Source: a virus. From it: a stretch of 64,000 nt of DNA. Shown here one piece after another: positions 30,491-40,241 of this stretch. Under the pieces are notes generated by a model. That model saw nothing but the letters and a program-made list of their open reading frames with translations, did not search any database and was not told the origin of the DNA. The first letter of the stretch is position 1; every line of letters begins with the position of its first letter. A program made the translations under genes and the position numbers. The stretch is taken from IMG/VR virus record IMGVR_UViG_3300047323_000675, one strand, 5' to 3'.

Positions 30491-30712
30491 TCATTTTACT
30501 TTTTTAGAAAATTCAGCAATAGCATTATATTGTTTAGCAGAAAGCTTTAAAAATTTTTTAATGAGCTCTTTATCTTTAGAATAATACTCCTGTGCAAAAT
30601 CAAAATTGTCTGGAAGCAAGTTTAAATCAGTTGCTTTCGCCCATTGGACAAAATTAACTAAACTTTTTTCCATGCTTTCTCGTAAGCCCAAGTCAACTTT
30701 ACTGATATCCAT
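30491..30712 (-). CDS. Small hypothetical protein (73 aa)
   Basis: GGAG RBS, clean ORF convergent on the ankyrin gene. Confidence 0.55.
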   Translation of the reverse strand: MDISKVDLGLRESMEKSLVNFVQWAKATDLNLLPDNFDFAQEYYSKDKELIKKFLKLSAKQYNAIAEFSKKVK

Positions 30713-30831
30713 GTTTTCTCCATGTAAGGTTGATATCCATCATATCACACCTAGAGGTTTATTCCAATTGAATAATTAGTATAACATGTTAATATTAACA
30801 AGAGTCAATTGAAAATACAATAAATAAAAAT

Positions 30832-31320
30832 ATGGATAAAGATGAATTAGAGAAAATCAATAATTTCACAAATACTGAAATGGTTCAGTATCTTGAACAT
30901 TACTGTTATGTTGGCAATTTTGAAGCAGTTAAATATATGCTAACATCTCCAAACATTAAAAATCCTTTAAATCTTTATATTTGTGGTGATAATGCAATTT
31001 TTCAAGCTTGTAAGAATGGACATTTAAATATAGTTCAATATTTAACATCCTCTCCTGAATTATCTAATCATGTTGCATATTCTGATAAGATTGATAAAGG
31101 ATTTATTGGGGCATGCGAAAAATGGCACTTAGATGTAATTAAATATTTAATTTTTGATTATAAAATTGAATTTTCTAGTGAAATTTATGAATATCTTGGA
31201 GATAGTCTAATGAATGATGAAATAGAAGAAATGTTTTATGTCCGAAGTCTGCATGATGATATTGATAAAGACTTATCTATAAATACAAAAGATAAAGTAG
31301 TTAAGAAAATAAAAATATAA
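30832..31320 (+). CDS. Ankyrin-repeat protein with tail
   Basis: ACKNGHLNIVQYLTSSPE; tail VKKIKI. Confidence 0.8.
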   Translation: MDKDELEKINNFTNTEMVQYLEHYCYVGNFEAVKYMLTSPNIKNPLNLYICGDNAIFQACKNGHLNIVQYLTSSPELSNHVAYSDKIDKGFIGACEKWHLDVIKYLIFDYKIEFSSEIYEYLGDSLMNDEIEEMFYVRSLHDDIDKDLSINTKDKVVKKIKI

Positions 31321-32439
31321 TTATTTAATTAAGCTATAAATATCACACTCACTATAATCTTCAATTAGCATATTTTTCTTAAATAATTCAGAACTTAATC
31401 CAGAAGGAACAACCTGAATGCATCTTGAATTAAGTGGACAACCTTGGCAAACATCTAATAAAAAATGGTTCTTTTTTTCTATCTTTTTATCAGAATAAAC
31501 TTTATCTTGATTATAAGTAGATTCTTTTAAATAAGTAGGTAAAAGGAAGTTTAAATTAGATTCAAAATATTTTGGATTAATCATTTTATTTTTATAATAT
31601 CCAATAAGTTCATTAATTGAATCAACTTTAGTAAAATCTAATTTTTCATATTTTTTCTGATAATTCTCTATAAATGGAAGAGGTGGCATTATTTTGGATG
31701 ATAAGTCAGACTCATTTTCATAGAAATAGCCACTCAAATAAATACCTTTTTGCCCTACAATAATGTGTTTTTCTTCGATTTCAGGGATTTCATGTTCATA
31801 TGAACATTGAACACCAATATATTCAAAATCGTTTATATATTTTTTAAAATCAAAAACTTCACCAGCTTTAATATTGTAGTATTGCTCAGAATAATTTCCA
31901 TTACTATCACCTAAATGTAAAGTTAATGGACAATCTTTTTTTGATATTAGTTGATGCTTATTAATTATTTCACTGTAATGTTCAGTTTTATAGCGATTAT
32001 AAATGTCAGAAAGTTTTCCAACATAAGAAGAAGAAATAAGTTTTAAATTACCATTGTTTTTTTCGTAAAACAAGACATTGCAAGGCTTGTTGAGAGAACA
32101 CAGTAATTCACTATCTATTTGAAAACAAATATGATAATTATTGTCATCTTCAACAAGTGGATCTTCATGCGAATTAGGTGTAACTATTCTAAATTTATAC
32201 AAATCTATATATATATCTTTTGAATATATCTCATTATTATTTTCATCTACTAAAGAAAAATAATAAGCTTTGTTGCCTATTAGCTCCTTTGGGACTCCAA
32301 ATTGCACCATAAAAAAATGAAAAAAAGAAATACCTTCTTGGAAGAATCTAAATCCTTTTTCTACAGAAAAAATTACATTACTCATGATTTCAAGACTTTT
32401 ATTTGAAAAAAGCTTATATCGTTTAAAGATAAAAGGCAA
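31321..32439 (-). CDS. Hypothetical protein with C-terminal SPASM-like Cys motif, no SAM motif
   Basis: CQGCPLNSRC...EC at C-terminus; no CxxxCxxC; start uncertain (TTG 32439 or ATG 32385). Confidence 0.6.
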   Translation of the reverse strand: MPFIFKRYKLFSNKSLEIMSNVIFSVEKGFRFFQEGISFFHFFMVQFGVPKELIGNKAYYFSLVDENNNEIYSKDIYIDLYKFRIVTPNSHEDPLVEDDNNYHICFQIDSELLCSLNKPCNVLFYEKNNGNLKLISSSYVGKLSDIYNRYKTEHYSEIINKHQLISKKDCPLTLHLGDSNGNYSEQYYNIKAGEVFDFKKYINDFEYIGVQCSYEHEIPEIEEKHIIVGQKGIYLSGYFYENESDLSSKIMPPLPFIENYQKKYEKLDFTKVDSINELIGYYKNKMINPKYFESNLNFLLPTYLKESTYNQDKVYSDKKIEKKNHFLLDVCQGCPLNSRCIQVVPSGLSSELFKKNMLIEDYSECDIYSLIK

Positions 32440-32447
32440 GTATTAGT

Positions 32448-32475
32448 TTGACAATTATTTTTTTCTGAATATAAT
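32448..32475 (+). promoter_or_regulatory. sigma70-like promoter
   Basis: TTGACA-N16-TATAAT. Confidence 0.6.
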
Positions 32476-32502
32476 TTCCTAAATTTTTAAGGAATATGAG
32501 CT

Positions 32503-33252
32503 ATGTTATTACAAGATTTATTTAAGGAAGAAAACAAAAATTTGAAATCAGCTTATTCCATTACATTAAATGATGAGTCATCTTCTGTAGAATATTCAAC
32601 TCCTCCATTAAATTTAGAAGAGATTGGTTTTATATTTCGGGTTAATGAAGAAGGTGAAATAGAAGAAAATTTATTAGATGTAATTATTAATTGTGGCTTA
32701 AAGAATTTACCTACTTTAGTTGAAGTTCCTAGCCAATTAATTTCCGAAGAAAAAGTTTCAGTAAAATATTTGATTCAAATGGCAAGTAATATTGGATTTT
32801 TCTTAGCATTTCTTCCGCCAGGTCATGAAGAAGTAGGAAACTTAATTACTATCTCGCAATACAAAGATGTAGTTATGCAAGTTACCGAAGAGATGCTAAA
32901 AAGACCTAATTTTGATAAGTTTGTTTATCCTGTTTCAAATTATTTTGAGTACTTAATGTTAGAACAAATTTTAGGCAAAGATAAGCTTGTAAATTTTAGA
33001 CCTGAAAGTGAATATATCAAAGATAATTTTTCTAATTTAATGACAAGTAAGGATAGTGACGATTTTAAATTATCTATTCGTAATCGTTTATATGATTTTT
33101 ATGGTGGAGAAAATGAATTTAATTTAGTTGCTCAAACTATTTTAGATGGTGTTTATGAAAAAAGTAAGGAAATATTTACAGATATAGTTGAGCATTCTCT
33201 TCCGGAACAAGAGGGAAATAATATTAATGAATTAAACAATGAAAATAAATAA
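32503..33252 (+). CDS. Acidic hypothetical protein
   Basis: 249-aa ORF with AAGGA RBS, own promoter and terminator; no tail. Confidence 0.65.
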   Translation: MLLQDLFKEENKNLKSAYSITLNDESSSVEYSTPPLNLEEIGFIFRVNEEGEIEENLLDVIINCGLKNLPTLVEVPSQLISEEKVSVKYLIQMASNIGFFLAFLPPGHEEVGNLITISQYKDVVMQVTEEMLKRPNFDKFVYPVSNYFEYLMLEQILGKDKLVNFRPESEYIKDNFSNLMTSKDSDDFKLSIRNRLYDFYGGENEFNLVAQTILDGVYEKSKEIFTDIVEHSLPEQEGNNINELNNENK

Positions 33253-33265
33253 ATTTTAAATTAAG

Positions 33266-33287
33266 AGGCTCTTTAAGGGCCTTTTTT
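33266..33287 (+). terminator. Intrinsic terminator
   Basis: AGGCTCT-tta-AGGGCCT plus T tract. Confidence 0.7.
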
Positions 33288-33341
33288 CTTGATTTCATAA
33301 AAAAAGACACTAAAATAAATATAATATTAAGGGAAAAATAT

Positions 33342-34382
33342 ATGAAAAAAGATATACTAAGCAAATTAAGTGCTGAAACATTTAGCCAAATGGCTGCTAA
33401 TGGGGATATTTCTGATAACTTTTCAAAAGGTTTAACAGATAAATTCTTAAGTTTAGGTGTTACAACTGTTTTAGCTGGAATGATGTTTCTTTCTAGCGGA
33501 GTTGCACATGCTGATGATGTAAGAACTGGTGCAATTACTTTAAGCGGTTTATTTGGATTAATGTCTAATAATACAAAACCAAAAGATATTCCTTCGGATT
33601 GCTATGTGCAAGGAACAAGTGGAATGAAAACTGGTGGTGCTGGTGCTGTTGGTGGTTGGTTGGGTAGTAAAGTAGGCGATGGCAATGGTCAAAAAGTTGC
33701 AACTATTGCTGGAGCAATTATTGGTGTTACTGCTGCTCAGACTAGCGAAAACGATAGAATGAGAAGAGAGTGTTCTGAGCAAATGGCTTATAACAAAAAA
33801 GTTAATGGTATCCCAATGTATGCCACTAATAATAGTTCTCCACAATCACCTATTCTATATGAAGGCAGAACTGTAAATGGAAGAAGCTTTTATGTAACTA
33901 TGCAAGATAGCCCAGGTATTGCCGGATTATCTGGAAGAGTTGCTGGTGGTGCTAGTGTAGATAATGACCCAATTGTAAGAAATGCAATGGAAAAAGGTTC
34001 TGAATTATTAGCTATGTCTTATAAAAATTTAGAAAAACAAGCACAAGTATATAATAAAGTAATGAGTGGTAGAACCACTGTAGCAAAATTAACTAGATAT
34101 GCTGTAGATACAAATGATGTTGGAGCCAATTCTGAATTAAATAGGAATAACCAAGCAATGCTTGCTCAAGCTAAAAGAGAATTTGATATGGCTTATAGCG
34201 AATATTCAAGAAGGAGATCAGTATTTGCAAATGTAGCAGATAATGCAGTTGTAGATGGATTTGATATTTCTAGATATAGGGATTCATTAGAGTATTTTGT
34301 ACCGCCAGATTCAGCAACTATGACTTATAATGGTAGATTAAGTAATAGTTATGCCGTAATTCCTGCTCCTGCAAGACCATAA
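33342..34382 (+). CDS. Glycine-zipper 2TM domain protein, probably exported
   Basis: GAGAVGGWLGSKVGDGNGQKVATIAGAIIG; signal-like segment ending AHA/DD. Confidence 0.7.
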   Translation: MKKDILSKLSAETFSQMAANGDISDNFSKGLTDKFLSLGVTTVLAGMMFLSSGVAHADDVRTGAITLSGLFGLMSNNTKPKDIPSDCYVQGTSGMKTGGAGAVGGWLGSKVGDGNGQKVATIAGAIIGVTAAQTSENDRMRRECSEQMAYNKKVNGIPMYATNNSSPQSPILYEGRTVNGRSFYVTMQDSPGIAGLSGRVAGGASVDNDPIVRNAMEKGSELLAMSYKNLEKQAQVYNKVMSGRTTVAKLTRYAVDTNDVGANSELNRNNQAMLAQAKREFDMAYSEYSRRRSVFANVADNAVVDGFDISRYRDSLEYFVPPDSATMTYNGRLSNSYAVIPAPARP

Positions 34383-34394
34383 TTTATATAAAAG

Positions 34395-34424
34395 AAAGCC
34401 CTCACATGAGGGCTTTTATTTTTT
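34395..34424. terminator. Bidirectional intrinsic terminator
   Basis: AAAGCCCTCA-ca-TGAGGGCTTT. Confidence 0.85.
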
Positions 34425-34619
34425 CTGAACCGCATTAAAAACATTAATATTGATTGGCTTATTACAAATCTTACAATCAATTTGTTTAGGGTTATAGCAA
34501 TTATTTTCTTTATCATATGCGATAGTCACACTCATCCTTAAAAGGCAGTGTGGACACATAATAGGAAAACAATTAAATTTAGATGATCGTAGTTTATAAT
34601 AAGTTTCTATATGATTCAT
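34416..34619 (-). CDS. Small zinc-ribbon-like protein
   Basis: CPHC...CKIC in 67 aa. Confidence 0.5.
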   Translation of the reverse strand: MNHIETYYKLRSSKFNCFPIMCPHCLLRMSVTIAYDKENNCYNPKQIDCKICNKPININVFNAVQKK

Positions 34620-34783
34620 GTTTTGAATTAATTATGTTTTCGACAATATTAATATTTTATCTAAAAACCGAAATTATTGCAACAACTTATTAATATATTA
34701 AAACTTAATACACCATTAAATAATTTAAGCTTGACTTTAATTTATCTCTGTTATAAATTTCTTTTTAACAACTAGGTTAAAAT

Positions 34784-35254
34784 ATGCAAAATACAAATCT
34801 TGAAAATTTAATTGATGGAATAAATCATATAAGTTTAAATCACGAGGATTTATTAGATACAGTATTAGACTTTGCTAGTTTATATAGCAAACAAAATCCA
34901 AATGAAGCAACAGTAATAGATAGATTTTTCGTTTACGGGACATTTATTGACCAATCTGTAATCGCAGCAAGAGAAGCGATAGTTTTAGCAATGAATGCAA
35001 TTACTTTAAATGAACAAATAGATTTTGAAGATGTTATTAAGGGTTGTGTAAATCTTACCAATCAAAGACAAGCTGAAGATGATATTTGTGCTGATGATGA
35101 TACAAAAATTGCAATGCAACAGTTCCTTAAAGAACTAAGAAAAGAATTATTCAGCCGCTTATATTCACAAAATAAAGATTTTGACCGTTATTCCAAAATT
35201 AGTAAATCTGTTCTCAAACACCGATTTGATTTGTTTATGAATCAAACATTTTAA
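34784..35254 (+). CDS. Hypothetical protein
   Basis: 156-aa ORF with AGG RBS and an upstream TTGACT promoter-like site. Confidence 0.6.
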   Translation: MQNTNLENLIDGINHISLNHEDLLDTVLDFASLYSKQNPNEATVIDRFFVYGTFIDQSVIAAREAIVLAMNAITLNEQIDFEDVIKGCVNLTNQRQAEDDICADDDTKIAMQQFLKELRKELFSRLYSQNKDFDRYSKISKSVLKHRFDLFMNQTF

Positions 35255-35256
35255 TA

Positions 35257-36180
35257 ATGAAAAATTTTTATTTATTCTCAATGCTTATTGCTTTGGGTGG
35301 ATTTTCACTTGTTCAAGCACAAGATACACTAAAAGATGTAATTAAAGTAGAAAAATCAGATACTTCTACAAAGAAAGAAGCAGATGATGATGTTTTATTT
35401 GTTCAAGAAGGCGAGGAAGAAAAGTCTTCAGCTAAAACATATGATAATTTTTCAATTGCAATTCAATCTAAAGATTATAAAAAAATTGATAGTTATCTAC
35501 TAAAAGGTTCTAATATTAATATAAACCTTTATAATGGCAATACAATAGTTCATATCTCAGCTTTTCATAGAGACTTAGATTTTTTACTTTTTGCTTCTGA
35601 ACGAAAAGCTAATTTAGCTCAACTTAATAATAATGATGAAAGCATTCTATATTGGGCAGCAGGAGGTCAGAGTGTTCAGTATTTAGAAGAAGCTAGAGCT
35701 ATATTAGGTAAAAATTTTAATACTTTATTAGCTAAGCAGACAAAAATAGGAAGAACACCTTTACATTCAGCAATTCTTTATTCAGCTAACTCAGATGTAA
35801 TTAAATGGCTCATTGATAATAAAGTGAATATGAATGCAAAAGATATAAACGGTAAAACAGCACTTCACTATGCTGCTGGGATGCGAAGATGGGAAGCATT
35901 AGAAGTTATGCTAAAAAAAGGAGGAAATATAAATGAAGCAGATGATGAAGGTAAAACTGTAGAAGATTATATTTTTGAAAGAATGGATGTTTTATCTGTA
36001 GATATGTTTTATCCTTATGTAAGTCCTGCCAAAAAATTATTTATAGAAGAATCTATTGGTAAAATATTCCCTGACAAACTTACTAAGCTAAATCCAAAAT
36101 ATAAACAAAATCTTTCACAGTTAAATAAACATGCTCCATTTAAAGAAGAGTTTATTGAAGGAAAAGAAGTTATAAAGTGA
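35257..36180 (+). CDS. Secreted canonical ankyrin-repeat protein (no tail)
   Basis: Signal peptide MKNFYLFSMLIALGGFSLVQA; GRTPLHSA and GKTALHYAA motifs. Confidence 0.8.
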   Translation: MKNFYLFSMLIALGGFSLVQAQDTLKDVIKVEKSDTSTKKEADDDVLFVQEGEEEKSSAKTYDNFSIAIQSKDYKKIDSYLLKGSNININLYNGNTIVHISAFHRDLDFLLFASERKANLAQLNNNDESILYWAAGGQSVQYLEEARAILGKNFNTLLAKQTKIGRTPLHSAILYSANSDVIKWLIDNKVNMNAKDINGKTALHYAAGMRRWEALEVMLKKGGNINEADDEGKTVEDYIFERMDVLSVDMFYPYVSPAKKLFIEESIGKIFPDKLTKLNPKYKQNLSQLNKHAPFKEEFIEGKEVIK

Positions 36181-36438
36181 TAAAAATGTATAAATGATTG
36201 TATATCTAATCAATTAAGTAAACTAAGTTTTTCTCAACAGAAACTATGTTAAATTTCTTTAATCATTTTATAAAAATGTTTGCATAAATCTTCTTTTTTT
36301 TGTATATATACATTATTTTCTAAAACATAATGTAAATACTTATATAAATGTATGTAACTATTTGATTTAAAAACATTTATTTAGAAAATAGGAATTTTTA
36401 ATTATATTGCATAAAATTAATTATAAAAGGAAAAAAAC

Positions 36439-36918
36439 ATGAGTAAAAACAATAATTTACATGAATATGTTGAGCCAGTTTTTGCGTTAGAGTATACAAA
36501 AGAAGAAAAAGTTAAATTTGTAAAAAAAGGATTTATTTTCGGAGGGGCTACTGTTCTTTTAATGAAGTTTTTTTTCATACCTTTACTTGCTGAATTTGCT
36601 AGTGTCGCACATAATATAAATTTTTTAGGTATATCTGGAACAACAATACTACTAGTTGGAATATTTTTAGGTGTTCCAATATTATCAGGAATAATACTTC
36701 TTCCAATATTTAAAGTAGCTATAAAAAGTATACAGCAAAAACAATATCCACCTAAAGAACTTAAAGTTTTTCAAAAAACAAGAATAATTAAAGGAAAAAA
36801 AGCAATTGCCAAAGCGGTTATTATTTTGCTATTATATTTTGTTGCAATAATTCCCGTAACTATTTTCGGATATAGCAGTTTAAATATTATGCTTAATAAC
36901 AGGAATAGTGGCAAATAA
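36439..36918 (+). CDS. Hypothetical membrane protein (3 TM)
   Basis: Three hydrophobic segments; AAGGA RBS. Confidence 0.65.
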   Translation: MSKNNNLHEYVEPVFALEYTKEEKVKFVKKGFIFGGATVLLMKFFFIPLLAEFASVAHNINFLGISGTTILLVGIFLGVPILSGIILLPIFKVAIKSIQQKQYPPKELKVFQKTRIIKGKKAIAKAVIILLLYFVAIIPVTIFGYSSLNIMLNNRNSGK

Positions 36919-36949
36919 AAATATTATTATGAAAAGGAAAATATAAATA

Positions 36950-37906
36950 ATGAAGCAATTAAAAAAACAAAAACATCAATTAGTAATTTTAGGTAGTGGT
37001 CCTGCTGGTTGGACTGCTGCAATCTATGCTGCTCGTGCAGGATTAAAGCCTGTTGTTATTTCAGGATTTTCAAAAGGTGGTCAGTTAATGACTACTACCG
37101 ATGTTGAAAATTGGCCAGGAGAAAAAGCTGTAGAGGGACCAGAACTAATTTCTAATTTAGAAGCACATGCGGTTCACTTTGGAACCCAACTCATTGAAGA
37201 TCATATTGATAGAGTAGATTTTTCAAAAAAACCATTTAAGTTATTTAGTCATGAAGCTGAATATGAATGTGATGCAGTTATTATATGTACAGGTGCTAAT
37301 GCAAAATATCTTGGTTTAGATAGTGAACAAGAGTTTTTAGGTCGTGGTGTATCAGGATGTGCTACTTGTGATGGTTTCTTCTATCGTAATGATGAAGTAG
37401 CTGTTGTAGGTGGAGGTAATACTGCGGTTGAGGAAGCAATTTATTTATCTAACATTGCGTCTAAAGTACATTTAGTTCATAGGAGAGATACATTTAAAGC
37501 GGAAAAAATTATGATTGATCGCCTACAAAGAAGAATTGATCAAGGCCTTGTTGAACTACACTTAGATAGTGAAGTAAATGAAGTTAAAGGTGATGAGACA
37601 GGTGTTACATCGTTAGAGATTAAAAATACAAAAAGTGGCGACACTAAGGATATTCCATTAAGAGGTGTATTTATTGCTATTGGTCATTCACCTAACACTT
37701 TAATTTTTAAAGGTCATTTAGAATTAGATAAAAATGGTTATATTCTAACTAAAAAAGCATCTAACCATGTTACTCAAACAAGTATTCGTGGAGTATTTGC
37801 TGCTGGTGATGTTCAAGACAATATCTATCGTCAAGCAATTACGAGTGCTGGTGCAGGTTGCCAGGCAGCATTAGATGCAATTGAATACTTAGAAGGATTA
37901 AATTGA
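36950..37906 (+). CDS. trxB: Thioredoxin-disulfide reductase
   Basis: [29 protein letters not shown] (CxxC), [19 protein letters not shown]. Confidence 0.95.
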   Translation: MKQLKKQKHQLVILGSGPAGWTAAIYAARAGLKPVVISGFSKGGQLMTTTDVENWPGEKAVEGPELISNLEAHAVHFGTQLIEDHIDRVDFSKKPFKLFSHEAEYECDAVIICTGANAKYLGLDSEQEFLGRGVSGCATCDGFFYRNDEVAVVGGGNTAVEEAIYLSNIASKVHLVHRRDTFKAEKIMIDRLQRRIDQGLVELHLDSEVNEVKGDETGVTSLEIKNTKSGDTKDIPLRGVFIAIGHSPNTLIFKGHLELDKNGYILTKKASNHVTQTSIRGVFAAGDVQDNIYRQAITSAGAGCQAALDAIEYLEGLN

Positions 37907-37922
37907 TTAATCTATAAAATAT

Positions 37923-37954
37923 AAAAAGCTCAGAATTTACTGGGCTTTTTTTTT
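37923..37954 (+). terminator. Intrinsic terminator
   Basis: AAAAAGCTCAG-aattta-CTGGGCTTTTT plus T tract. Confidence 0.8.
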
Positions 37955-37999
37955 AAATTTAATTTGTTAAAATATAAGTACACTATTTGGGAATTAAAA

Positions 38000-38488
38000 A
38001 TGGAATATAAATTGGAAGATCTATCTATTCATCCTAAAATATTAGCAGAGAATAAATATAATAAATTTAATGATAGCACTAAAAGATATAACGAAGAATA
38101 TATGGAGTCATGGCAAAAAACCATTTATAACGATTATGGAAAAGCTTATTTCATAAATTTTAATTTTTATAATATGACTCATATTTATTCGCAACATAAG
38201 ATAAAAGGAAATCCATATTCTTGGGAAGCCGATTTACAGTTTAATTCACTTGATAATGATATGACAGTAAATATCAAAGTTTTTGGAACTCATCGTAATT
38301 TGCATTCTGTGGAAAATTTTTGTGAAAAAATGTTTAATCAAATGCAGTTTAAAAATTATGATTATTACAGTGATGAAGATGAGTATAAGCATAAAAAAGG
38401 TTTAGAAGTTATTAATGATGTAAATGAATTAGAAAAAGAACTGCCAAAATCAAATACTAAGAAAAAGAATACAAAAAGAAAAATTTAA
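38000..38488 (+). CDS. Hypothetical protein with C-terminal tail
   Basis: Ends VNELEKELPKSNTKKKNTKRKI; ATG 38000 preferred to TTG 37964. Confidence 0.65.
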   Translation: MEYKLEDLSIHPKILAENKYNKFNDSTKRYNEEYMESWQKTIYNDYGKAYFINFNFYNMTHIYSQHKIKGNPYSWEADLQFNSLDNDMTVNIKVFGTHRNLHSVENFCEKMFNQMQFKNYDYYSDEDEYKHKKGLEVINDVNELEKELPKSNTKKKNTKRKI

Positions 38489-38515
38489 AAAGGCTCCGTA
38501 AGGGGCTTTTCTTTT
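38489..38515 (+). terminator. Intrinsic terminator
   Basis: AGGCTCC-gtaa-GGGGCTT plus T tract. Confidence 0.7.
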
Positions 38516-38558
38516 ATATATATTTTAATATTCTTAACTTATATTAAAATATATACAT

Positions 38559-39017
38559 ATGAAAAATAGATTAATTATTCAAAAAACAGATTCTGATTGT
38601 GGATTAGCTTGTATTACTATGATAGCAGAATGCCCATATGAAGAAGTATTATCTAATTTTATGAAATTAGGATTATATGGGAAACATAACAAAACTCGTC
38701 CTTATGCTACTAATTTTAAAGATGTAAAAAGTATTTTATCTAGCTTAGGCTTTGAAGGAAAAGTGAAAAAATTTAAAACTTGGGATGAAATTAATTGTCC
38801 ATCAATTGTAAAAATTCCCAATGGTAGAAAACGCTCTTTTCATTGGATTGTTGCAATACCACATTCTGAGCATAAAGTAGTAATATATGATCCATGTTTT
38901 GAATTTTTAAGTTATTTTGAAAATCCGCCATTAGATGAAGCATATATTGATCCTAATAATTTTATGGGAAAATTTAAACCAAATGGTTCATTTATTGCAT
39001 GCCAAAAAATAAAATGA
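38559..39017 (+). CDS. Standalone peptidase C39-like protein
   Basis: QKTDSDCGLAC (Q..C), FHWIV (His), VIYDP (Asp); no ABC transporter domain. Confidence 0.75.
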   Translation: MKNRLIIQKTDSDCGLACITMIAECPYEEVLSNFMKLGLYGKHNKTRPYATNFKDVKSILSSLGFEGKVKKFKTWDEINCPSIVKIPNGRKRSFHWIVAIPHSEHKVVIYDPCFEFLSYFENPPLDEAYIDPNNFMGKFKPNGSFIACQKIK

Positions 39018-39150
39018 TATGACTTAAGTTATCTAGACTTCATGTTAAAAATTGATATAATTAAATAATTAATAAGCTGAAATAATGAAGTTGAAAAATT
39101 ATAAAAAATTTAATAATAAAAAAATCAAATAAAAGAAAGTATAGAAACAA

Positions 39151-39564
39151 ATGCAGAAAAAGATTATCCCAATAGAAGAACAATTAAGTTATTATTTAAG
39201 AGAAGGAAGTGGAATATTTGCATATGCTTTAGCAAAGTTATTTAATCAAGGGAAAATTTATATCCTTTCAGATTTATATGGCGAGGATTGGAGTGATGAT
39301 ATACCATATGAAGTAACACATGTTTATTTCTCACCAGATAGAAAAATATTAATAGATGCTAAAGGTCGTAGAACTGAATCTGCAATGGCGAAAGATTTTG
39401 CTTTGGCAGGAGGAAATTATAAAATAATTGGCGGATTTGAACCAAATGATTTTAAGAAACATTTCATGGGGTCATCTAATAAATATCCATTATTTGGGAA
39501 AAACTCTGATATAATACTAGCTCAAGAATTAATAAAGAAATACTCAAACATTTACTTATTATAA
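39151..39564 (+). CDS. Hypothetical protein, possible papain-like fold
   Basis: GSGIFAYAL...THVY...IDAKG pattern; Ser where a catalytic Cys might be expected. Confidence 0.5.
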   Translation: MQKKIIPIEEQLSYYLREGSGIFAYALAKLFNQGKIYILSDLYGEDWSDDIPYEVTHVYFSPDRKILIDAKGRRTESAMAKDFALAGGNYKIIGGFEPNDFKKHFMGSSNKYPLFGKNSDIILAQELIKKYSNIYLL

Positions 39565-39574
39565 GAGGATGTAT

Positions 39575-39865
39575 ATGATTTATAAACTTGGAAATGGCGA
39601 AGATCTTAATCGAGAAAATCCTGATACTTTTTATATTCCGACAAGAGAAGAAAGAGAATCTATTAAAGAAGGTGACACCGTAAAGCTTATGTTTATTTTT
39701 GAAGATGAAAATGCAATGACAGAAAGAATGTGGGTACAAGTTGTGTCAAAAGCTGGTAATCAATATAAAGGTTTTTTAGATAATGTTCCTTATTCAACAG
39801 ATTCAATAAAAGCAGGCGATGAAGTTATTTTTTCTCCTGAACATATTATTCAAATTTATTCTTAA
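39575..39865 (+). CDS. DUF2314-like protein
   Basis: ERMWVQV..YKGFLDNVP..IKAGDEVIFSPEHI; GAGG RBS. Confidence 0.6.
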   Translation: MIYKLGNGEDLNRENPDTFYIPTREERESIKEGDTVKLMFIFEDENAMTERMWVQVVSKAGNQYKGFLDNVPYSTDSIKAGDEVIFSPEHIIQIYS

Positions 39866-39892
39866 AAAAAGCCCTCAACTGAGGGCTTTTTT
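39865..39892. terminator. Bidirectional intrinsic terminator
   Basis: AAAAAAGCCCTCA-ac-TGAGGGCTTTTT. Confidence 0.85.
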
Positions 39893-39893
39893 A

Positions 39894-40241
39894 TTACATG
39901 ACTCCAAAAAATATATCAATAAATAAAGCATATATAATTAATACTTGTTCTTGACTGATATTTTTCCAATCTAAATTATTGCGAGAATCAAGTATTTGAA
40001 ATTCCTTCATTTTACTATTCAAATAATTAATTTTAACTGAAGTATTTTTCTTTGTGCTTTCATCTTCAGGATTAACAAAAGATTCATATACACAAATATT
40101 ATCTATATGAGGCCACATTTGGATACATTTACTCGAAATAGTTTGATTCGCAAGCAAAATTGCATTAATTTGCTGTAAATCCTTTTTTAAATGGTAAGAG
40201 GTGCTTCTTTTGCTAGTATTTGTATTGTTAATATTGCTCAT
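39894..40241 (-). CDS. Hypothetical protein
   Basis: 115-aa ORF ending at the shared terminator. Confidence 0.55.
   Translation of the reverse strand: MSNINNTNTSKRSTSYHLKKDLQQINAILLANQTISSKCIQMWPHIDNICVYESFVNPEDESTKKNTSVKINYLNSKMKEFQILDSRNNLDWKNISQEQVLIIYALFIDIFFGVM

Noticed and set aside
36181-36438. AT-rich spacer with repeated AAATGT words as origin or operator array
   Set aside because: Short, irregular repeats expected at this AT content.
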